64,000 nt of DNA from Verrucomicrobiota bacterium. GTDB lineage: Bacteria > Verrucomicrobiota > Verrucomicrobiia > Limisphaerales > JADLHS01. Under the pieces are notes generated by a model. It searched no databases. It was given only the letters and a program-made list of their open reading frames with translations, and was not told the DNA's origin. This document shows positions 30,701-35,989 of this stretch, in pieces; the first letter of the stretch is position 1; each line of letters opens with the position of its first letter. The position numbers were made by a program, and so were the translations under genes. The DNA lies in NCBI GenBank assembly GCA_029573725.1, contig JAKQDQ010000178.1:467929-531928 (forward strand), read 5' to 3'.

Positions 30701-31670
30701 TGCGCTGCGCCTCCGTCTGAAAATGGACGGTGGCTGCCTGCGCGCATGCCTGGGCCAGCCGGCGTGCCCGGGCCAGGGCCGTGGCGGTCGCCCTCGCCGG
30801 CGCGGCCAGCCGGTTGCGGGTCAGGGCGAACAGGCCCCAGAGGCCGAGAAATCCCGCCGCGCCAAGAATCCAGAGGCGCGCCGGCACGGCGGCAAAATCC
30901 AGGCGGCGCAGTTCCGGCGACCCGGCAACCAGCAGCGCGGCCAGCAGCAGCCAGCCCAGCCAGAGGCGGAAAAACCGGAAGAATTGGGGCAGCCCCAGTG
31001 CCCGGCAGCGGGCGAGGTGTGCGCGGGCCGAATCGCGTTGTTCCCGCAACTGCTGGAGCAGTTCGTCCGGAGTCGCGGTGGCGGCCGGAGGGGCGTCCCC
31101 GGCCTCGCACTCCGCCGTGCGCGCCAGGCGTCCCAGGCCCGCCAGGCGTTGGCGGAATTGTCGGGTCAACTCGTCCAGGGCGGCCTCCTCGTTGTGCAGT
31201 TCCCCGTTGAACTGGTCTTGGCGGGCCTGGTTGTGCCGGAGGGCGTCGTCGCGTTGCTGTTCGGCGGCCAGGATGCCCTGCTGGTTTTCGAGGGTGGACT
31301 GGTGTTCGGCGCGTTCGGCGGCTTGCTGGCGTTGTTGCCGGGCGTTTTCCAGCGCGCGGCGCAGTCGCTCCTGGCGCTGCCGGCAGACGGTCTCCTGTTG
31401 TTCCCGCGTCTGCGCGGCCTGGGCTTCGATGCGGGCGATTTCCGCTTGCCAGCCGTCGTCGTCGTCGGCGGCGGCCTGCGCGGCCTGCGCCTGGAGCTGG
31501 TGGGCGCGGCGCGCGGCCTCGTGTTCGAGTTCCTGGCGGCGGACAACACCGGCGCGCGTTTCCTGCCGCAGTTGTTCCAGTGCAGCGATGGTTTCCGCAA
31601 CGGTGCGGGGTTTATTCACAATCCTGGCGGAGTTTGGTGAGGATGCGTTCAAGCGCTTCAACGGTGGCAA
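27702..31670 (-). CDS. Membrane-anchored FtsK/SpoIIIE-family ATPase with three P-loop domains (EssC/EccC-like architecture)
   Basis: Canonical Walker A GKTGSGKST (nt 29265-29291) and Walker B LLLIDEFQELF (DE at 28962-28967). It is flanked by two degenerate FtsK-like domains. The first has ...LNNIILRLLTSAPPGRLAFTIIDPVGLGQNF...YHFLVIADF. The second has ...GSHLLIVGQRPEAALGML...IFVLVQGLQ...LHVIATCDSY. The N-terminus is Q/A/E/R-rich coiled coil. Two TM helices follow (FFRLWLGWLLLAALLVAG; LWILGAAGFLGLWGLFAL), then more coiled coil. Start is either ATG 31670 or GTG 31619, which overlaps the upstream stop by 8 nt. Confidence 0.9.
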   Translation of the reverse strand: MPPLKRLNASSPNSARIVNKPRTVAETIAALEQLRQETRAGVVRRQELEHEAARRAHQLQAQAAQAAADDDDGWQAEIARIEAQAAQTREQQETVCRQRQERLRRALENARQQRQQAAERAEHQSTLENQQGILAAEQQRDDALRHNQARQDQFNGELHNEEAALDELTRQFRQRLAGLGRLARTAECEAGDAPPAATATPDELLQQLREQRDSARAHLARCRALGLPQFFRFFRLWLGWLLLAALLVAGSPELRRLDFAAVPARLWILGAAGFLGLWGLFALTRNRLAAPARATATALARARRLAQACAQAATVHFQTEAQRIQSTFADASRQINQAWKQAHALTREGREQRIAQLYERTARLHQVTAARLQRRLQELAAAKSEAITRANAQASSAKQTRESQYAANLARSQATRTAGLQAVETQWQAVVLPIWRSLCHAAAATQSAFPPWSADAWHRLVLPEDFPPAVPFGALELELESFCEIPLAGEISLPARSLRVPLQLVVPQQASLLFETRATSPAPIMGALNNIILRLLTSAPPGRLAFTIIDPVGLGQNFAGLMHLADFEARIIHSRIWTQPAQIEARLAELNEHIEKVTQMYLRNEYPSLAEYNAQAGRLAEKYHFLVIADFPTGFTEIAAKQLQSIAASGPRCGVQLLLHWDQRKTAPVEWAPDELRRHAIRMISRGEGYALAGAPSDAAPPALAPADWPGVQLALEQPPDAELATRLLQQVGQASTDAYRVEMPFDEVAPAAAEYWSLDTTQELRVPVGRTGATKLQYLALGQGTRQHGLVAGKTGSGKSTLFHVIITNLALWCGPEQVEFYLVDFKKGVEFKTYATHHLPQARVIAIESDREFGLSVLQRVDEELKRRGDLFRKQNAQNIAGYKSAGGTAPMPRVLLLIDEFQELFVEDDRIAQGAALLLDRIVRQGRAFGIHVLLGSQTLGGAYTLARATIGQMVVRIALQCNEADACLIMNEDNPAPRLLSRPGEAIYNDEGGAIQGNSPFQVVWLPDPVRDQWLGKVAALAAARGVTAKPIIFEGNAPANVADNPALQALLTAPALPAAPVPAIWLGAPNSIKGPTTVEFRRQSGSHLLIVGQRPEAALGMLGLALIALAAQLPKAGARFLIFASSPPDSPEARLLRRIAGSLPHEVTMPAGGETETVLAALAAEQAARAAAPGAAGPEIFVLVQGLQNQKKLRFDEEKSFSLDAGAAADPGLQFNQLIIEGAGLGLHVIATCDSYNNVMRFLSRKAVSECERRVVFQMSANDSASLIESPAANQLGLHRALLYNGQEGWTETFRPYALPDSAWLDQAQQALARLHA

Positions 31671-31818
31671 TGGCCTGGTTGACCGCCGGGGTCAGCTCGC
31701 TCATGAAGCGCTGCTCGAATTCCCGGCTCTTGGCGTCGTTCCAGTAGTGTTTGGTTTGTTCCCACTCCACTTTCAATTCGTTGGTCAGACTGATCAGGCG
31801 GTTTTGAATGGCGCTCAT
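31612..31818 (-). CDS. Small WXG100-like helical protein (68 aa)
   Basis: Only the last 68 codons of track ORF 31612-32235 look real: MSAIQNRLISLTNELKVEWEQTKHYWNDAKSREFEQRFMSELTPAVNQAIATVEALERILTKLRQDCE. ATG 31818 forms an ATGA overlap with the stop of the upstream 182-aa gene. The central W-N-D-A...F-E-Q-R-F resembles the WXG turn region. The N-terminal 139 aa of the long ORF are P/R/G/A-rich shadow sequence. Confidence 0.55.
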   Translation of the reverse strand: MSAIQNRLISLTNELKVEWEQTKHYWNDAKSREFEQRFMSELTPAVNQAIATVEALERILTKLRQDCE

Positions 31819-32363
31819 GGGTGGGGCGATTCGGGCGGACGGGGCGGCGGCGCCGCAGGTTCCCCGGGGGCAGTGGTCCGGGGCGTGGGGGGCGCAAGCT
31901 CCGCATAGGCGGCCAGATGGCGCAGCGCTTCGTTCAGAAAGGCCAGCGCCTTGTCCAGGTCGTGATCGAGGAAGTGACGGAGCTTCTCCACCTGCCGCGC
32001 GGGCGTCTCCACGCGGGTGTCGTACTGCCGTTGCCATTGGGCCACGGCGCGCCGCTTCTCCTCCGCCGTCGCGATCGTCTGGCGCAATTTTTTCACGGCC
32101 ATTTGCTGGTGGAGCGAGGCGTCGCGCAGTCCCGAGAGCTGGGCGCTGAGCAGCTCCTGTCTGGCGCGTTCCAGTTCGCGTTCGAGGCGGCGGATGTGGT
32201 TCTGCCAGTAGGTGGGCCGGTCCGTCTCCAGCCATAACCGCGTGCGCGTCACCAGGTCGGTGGTCTCATCCAGCGCGCTCCGCGCCTTGCTGCGATAGAG
32301 GATGAGTTTGGCGCGAAAGGCTTCCAGGGCTTCCAGCGAGGTGACTTGGGCGCGCTCAGGCAT
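31815..32363 (-). CDS. All-helical protein with proline-rich C-terminal tail, function unknown (T7-like locus member)
   Basis: MPERAQVTSLEALEAFRAKLILYRSKARSALDETTDLVTRTRLWLETDRPTYWQNHIRRLERELERARQELLSAQLSGL... has heptad-like helical sequence and ends PPTPRTTAPGEPAAPPPRPPESPHP. It starts 6 nt after the upstream stop and overlaps the next gene by ATGA. Confidence 0.7.
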   Translation of the reverse strand: MPERAQVTSLEALEAFRAKLILYRSKARSALDETTDLVTRTRLWLETDRPTYWQNHIRRLERELERARQELLSAQLSGLRDASLHQQMAVKKLRQTIATAEEKRRAVAQWQRQYDTRVETPARQVEKLRHFLDHDLDKALAFLNEALRHLAAYAELAPPTPRTTAPGEPAAPPPRPPESPHP

Positions 32364-32369
32364 GAAGAC

Positions 32370-32642
32370 TCAGTGCTGGTTGAGATATTCCTCAATGCGC
32401 TGGGCCTTGCGCAGCAGGAACGGCGTGTGCCGGTTGGAGGTTTCGATGAATTTTTTCAACACCTTCATGGTGTCGCGAAATTCCTCGGAAAATTTGGCGT
32501 GCTCCTGGTCCTGCCAGGTGTCTCCCAGCGCGGCAAAGCGGGCTTGCAACAACGACATGCGGCTCTGCACTTCCAGGTTGAAGCGCTTCAGTTCCTCGGC
32601 AAACCGGCGGACCTCGCCGGGATCCATGATGGCTTGTGGCAC
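32370..32642 (-). CDS. WXG100 (ESAT-6/EsxA)-like protein, W-x-D variant (90 aa)
   Basis: MPQAIMDPGEVRRFAEELKRFNLEVQSRMSLLQARFAALGDTWQDQEHAKFSEEFRDTMKVLKKFIETSNRHTPFLLRKAQRIEEYLNQH. Length is about 100 aa, with two long helices and a turn at W43-Q44-D45. The segment WQDQEHAKFSEEF lines up with the WxGxAxxxFxxxF pattern of WXG100 proteins. It is the first gene of the operon that ends with the FtsK/SpoIIIE ATPase. Confidence 0.75.
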   Translation of the reverse strand: MPQAIMDPGEVRRFAEELKRFNLEVQSRMSLLQARFAALGDTWQDQEHAKFSEEFRDTMKVLKKFIETSNRHTPFLLRKAQRIEEYLNQH

Positions 32643-32811
32643 GGGTATCCTCTCATTCGGTTGTCTGCTGCGGCCACTTTAGCAAAAACCGGCACGGCTT
32701 CCAACGCGAATTACCACACCGGCGCGCCGCGCGGCCGCAGCCGCGCCACAACCCGGGTGACGGACGGCCTTTCCCGTCCACAATGCAACGGGATGAATGG
32801 CGGAGCGGGGT

Positions 32812-33216
32812 TTAGGAGGCGGCGACCAGGACGCGCGCGGGAACGAGGACGGGATCAACCGAAGTCGCCGTCTGGAGAACCGGGGGCGGGACGACGCGGG
32901 ATCGCTGCGCTTTGATGAGCAATTCTTCAAACAGGCACGGGAACACCAGCAGCGGACTGTCGGTCTTCCAGGCCAGTTCTGCGGCTTGATCGGCGGCGCG
33001 GCAGAAGCTTTTCAGCTTTTCGGGCTGCGGCGCGGTGGCCAGTGCGGAACGGAGCAGGCGGCGCTTCAGTTGGTAGAGGCGGGTGTGCATCCGGTCCCGG
33101 GCCGAGGTTCCCATGACAAAGACCGCTCCTGTCCGGCGGGTCACCATCAGCGGCAGGGTCCGGCGGGGATAGGCAAACAAATGCCCGGCGAAACTGACGC
33201 GTGATGTGCTTCTCAT
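32812..33216 (-). CDS. Hypothetical protein
   Basis: This frame is the most protein-like here (…RLYQLKRRLLRSALATAPQPEKLKSFCRAADQAAELAWKTDSPLLVFPCLFEELLIKAQ…). The opposite-strand ORF is G/R-rich shadow. The start is uncertain (internal M codons exist). It lies 169 nt upstream of the WXG100-like gene. Confidence 0.4.
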   Translation of the reverse strand: MRSTSRVSFAGHLFAYPRRTLPLMVTRRTGAVFVMGTSARDRMHTRLYQLKRRLLRSALATAPQPEKLKSFCRAADQAAELAWKTDSPLLVFPCLFEELLIKAQRSRVVPPPVLQTATSVDPVLVPARVLVAAS

Positions 33217-33430
33217 ACGGGTCCGGCCGCTTTGGCGGGACTATTTGCTAGACGCAGCCGGGGCGGCATTGTTTCAAAAAAATTTCGGTTCGTTGGCGCG
33301 CCGGCCGGATCTGGGCGGTCGCGGCTGCGGGGCGGCGATCTGACCGCCCGGACAAAAGTTTTCGCAATGGAGCCTCGACAAGCCGCATCAGAATTGTTTC
33401 CGTTTACCGGAATAAACAAGCCATGGACGA

Positions 33431-34486
33431 ATGAGGGTGGATGCGGTTGAACTTCAGGGCGCGGCGCGCCTCCGGTGGGGGTTGACCCGGCGACCCGCCT
33501 GCCGGTTGCCACGGGGGCGCCGGGTGCTGGGCCTCGGCGGACTGCTGGGCCTGTTGCTGGGTGCGGGTTGCGCCACCCCGCATGGGGAGGGCGTCCGCGT
33601 CACGCCGCTGGCGGATCGGGTGCGCGTCGAAATCAACGGCCACTTGTTCACGGAATACGTCTTCAAGAATGTTTCCCGTCCGTTTTGTTATCCCCTGCTG
33701 GGGCCGGGCGGGACGCCGATGACCCGCAACTGGCCGATGCAGACCGTTCCGGCGGAAAGTCACGACCACCCGCACCAGCGCTCCTTCTGGTACGCGCATG
33801 GCGACGTCAACGGTCAGGATTTTTGGAGCGAGGCGGATCGCGCCGGACACATCGAACACGTGCGCTTCACCCGCCTGCAATCCGGCCGGGAGGCCGGCGT
33901 GATTCAATCTCACAACCGCTGGGTGACCCGGGAGGGAGCGGTGTTGTGTACCGACGACCGGACGCTGCGGTTCTACAATCGTCCGGATCGCGAGCGCATT
34001 TTCGATTTTGAGATCACGCTGCACGCGGAGAAAACCGCTGTGACTTTTGGTGATACCAAGGAAGGGACCATGGCTTTGCGTCTGGCGGAAACCATGCGCG
34101 TCAAACCGAACCAGGACAACGCCGGCAAACCCGGCGGGCACATCGTGAACAGCGAAGGGGTTCGGGATGGCGCGGCCTGGGGCAAACGCGCGGCGTGGTG
34201 TGATTATTATGGTCCAGTGGACGGCAAAATCGTCGGGGTTGCGGTGTTTGATCACCCCAACAATCCGCGTTTCCCGACCTGGTGGCACGTGCGGGATTAC
34301 GGGTTGTTTGCCGCCAATCCATTCGGACGGCACGATTTTGAGAATTTGCCGGACCGGACCGCCGGCCAGCTGGTCATTCCAGCCGGGCAGAGCGTGAGGT
34401 TCCGCTACCGGTTTTATCTCCATGAGGGCGATGAGCGGCAGGCCCGGGTGGCGGAACATTTCGCCGAGTTTCTTCAATCCAAGTAA
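33431..34486 (+). CDS. PmoA-family (DUF6807) protein, probable lipoprotein
   Basis: GHLFTEYVFKNVSRPFCYPLLGPGGTPMTRNWPM...SHDHPHQRSFWYAHGDVNGQDFWSE matches the family that is typically paired with Gfo/Idh/MocA oxidoreductases. A lipobox-like LLLGAGC is present. The start may be a downstream GTG. Confidence 0.8.
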   Translation: MRVDAVELQGAARLRWGLTRRPACRLPRGRRVLGLGGLLGLLLGAGCATPHGEGVRVTPLADRVRVEINGHLFTEYVFKNVSRPFCYPLLGPGGTPMTRNWPMQTVPAESHDHPHQRSFWYAHGDVNGQDFWSEADRAGHIEHVRFTRLQSGREAGVIQSHNRWVTREGAVLCTDDRTLRFYNRPDRERIFDFEITLHAEKTAVTFGDTKEGTMALRLAETMRVKPNQDNAGKPGGHIVNSEGVRDGAAWGKRAAWCDYYGPVDGKIVGVAVFDHPNNPRFPTWWHVRDYGLFAANPFGRHDFENLPDRTAGQLVIPAGQSVRFRYRFYLHEGDERQARVAEHFAEFLQSK

Positions 34487-34497
34487 CAGTAACGTCT

Positions 34498-35967
34498 ATG
34501 AAAAAGCTGGATCGTCGCGCATTTTTGAAACATTCCATGCTGGCCACGGCGGCGACGAGTTTGTTGCCGACGTGGGGGTGTGCCACCCGGTCCGCGCCCG
34601 CCACCCTGCGGGTGCCGGGGGCCAATGGAGACATCCGGGTGGCTGTGGTGGGCCTCAATGGCCGCGGCCGCGATCATCTTTCCGGGTTCGCCAAATTGAA
34701 GGGCGTACGCGTGGTGGCGGTGTGTGATGCGGATCAGGCGGTGCTCGAGCGGGCGGCGGCCAAACTCCAGGAGTCCGGCGGGACCGTCGCCACCTACGTG
34801 GACATCCGGAAGCTCCTGGAGAACCCGGAGATTGATGCGGTTTCGCTGGCGACCCCGAATCACTGGCATTCGCTTGGCGCCATTTGGGCGGTGCAGGCGG
34901 GCAAGGACGTGTATGTGGAAAAACCCGTTTCCCACAATGTTTTTGAAGGCCGGCAGGCGGTGCGGGCGGCGCGCAAATACCAGCGGATTGTGCAGAGTGG
35001 CATGCAATGCCGTTCCAGCCAGGGGCTGATCGAAGCGGTGGCCTGGGTGCAATCCGGGCAGCTGGGAAAGATCATTCGCGCGCGCGGGCTGTGCTACAAG
35101 CGCCGGCCCAGCATCGGGAAGGTGGCGGGGCCCCAGCCCGTGCCCGCCAGTGTGGATTACAATCTCTGGTGCGGGCCGGCCCCCCAGGCGCCGTTGATGC
35201 GCAAGCATCTGCATTATGACTGGCATTGGGTCTGGCCCACCGGCAACGGAGACCTGGGCAACCAGGGCGTGCATCAGGTGGATATTGCGCGATGGGTGCT
35301 GGGGGAGGACGCCGTGGCGCCCCGCGTGTTCACCGTGGGCGGACGTCTGGGCTACGTGGACGACGGCACCACACCCAACACCCTCATCATGTATCAGGAC
35401 TACCCGCGCGCCCCGCTGATTTTTGAAGTGCGCGGTTTGCCGGCCCGGAGCGGCGAGGACAAAATGGACAATTATCACGGGGCCAGCATCGGGGTGGTGA
35501 TTGATTGTGAGGGCGGCCGTGTGGTGATCCCCAGTTACAACAAGGCCATTGTCTATGACAAGAATGACAAAGAGATCAAAAGGTTCGAAGGCGGCGGCGA
35601 TCACTACGCCAATTTCATCAACGCGATGCGCAGCCGGAAAACAGACGACCTGAACGCGGACATTGAAGTCGGGCACGTCTCGGCCGCCTTGTGTCACACG
35701 GCAAACATCTCCTATCAGTTGGGGCGGCCACTGGCGCCCGAAGCGCTGCGCGCCAAGGTGCGCGAAAACGCCGATCTGGCGGAGGCGTATGGCCGCATGG
35801 AAGAGCATTTGCGGGCGAACCAGGTGGACTTGCAGCAAACCCCGGCGACCTGGGGAGCGGTGCTGAATCTGGATGTGAAGCGCGAGCGTTTCACGTCGCA
35901 GACCGCTGCGAACGCCATGCTGACGCGCCCTTACCGCGCGCCCTTCGTGGTGCCGCAACGGGTGTGA
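34498..35967 (+). CDS. Gfo/Idh/MocA-family oxidoreductase with twin-arginine signal
   Basis: TAT signal MKKLDRRAFLKHSMLATAATSLL. Rossmann start IRVAVVGLNGRGRDH. Family motif EKPVSHNVFEGRQ. It starts 11 nt after the PmoA-family gene. Confidence 0.9.
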   Translation: MKKLDRRAFLKHSMLATAATSLLPTWGCATRSAPATLRVPGANGDIRVAVVGLNGRGRDHLSGFAKLKGVRVVAVCDADQAVLERAAAKLQESGGTVATYVDIRKLLENPEIDAVSLATPNHWHSLGAIWAVQAGKDVYVEKPVSHNVFEGRQAVRAARKYQRIVQSGMQCRSSQGLIEAVAWVQSGQLGKIIRARGLCYKRRPSIGKVAGPQPVPASVDYNLWCGPAPQAPLMRKHLHYDWHWVWPTGNGDLGNQGVHQVDIARWVLGEDAVAPRVFTVGGRLGYVDDGTTPNTLIMYQDYPRAPLIFEVRGLPARSGEDKMDNYHGASIGVVIDCEGGRVVIPSYNKAIVYDKNDKEIKRFEGGGDHYANFINAMRSRKTDDLNADIEVGHVSAALCHTANISYQLGRPLAPEALRAKVRENADLAEAYGRMEEHLRANQVDLQQTPATWGAVLNLDVKRERFTSQTAANAMLTRPYRAPFVVPQRV

Positions 35968-35989
35968 GCGCGCCGCGCCGCCACCCGCT

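Noticed and set aside
27882-31640. Plus-strand ORFs of 906 aa and 345 aa opposite the FtsK/SpoIIIE gene
   Set aside because: They have no motifs and an R/G/A/Q-rich composition. The minus strand has Walker A and B motifs, TM helices and coupled neighbours.
27702-31670. Housekeeping cell-division FtsK
   Set aside because: It lacks the 4-TM N-terminal domain and the C-terminal gamma (KOPS-binding) domain. It has three FtsK-like domains plus coiled coils, and it is operon-linked to WXG100-like genes.
31819-32235. N-terminal 139 codons of the 207-aa minus-strand ORF 31612-32235
   Set aside because: They overlap the convincing 182-aa gene in another frame and are P/R/G/A-rich. Only the part downstream of ATG 31818 looks coding.
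33404-34477. 357-aa minus-strand ORF opposite the PmoA-family gene
   Set aside because: The plus-strand frame has the DUF6807/PmoA signature and a lipoprotein signal. The minus-strand product is R/P/G/H-rich.
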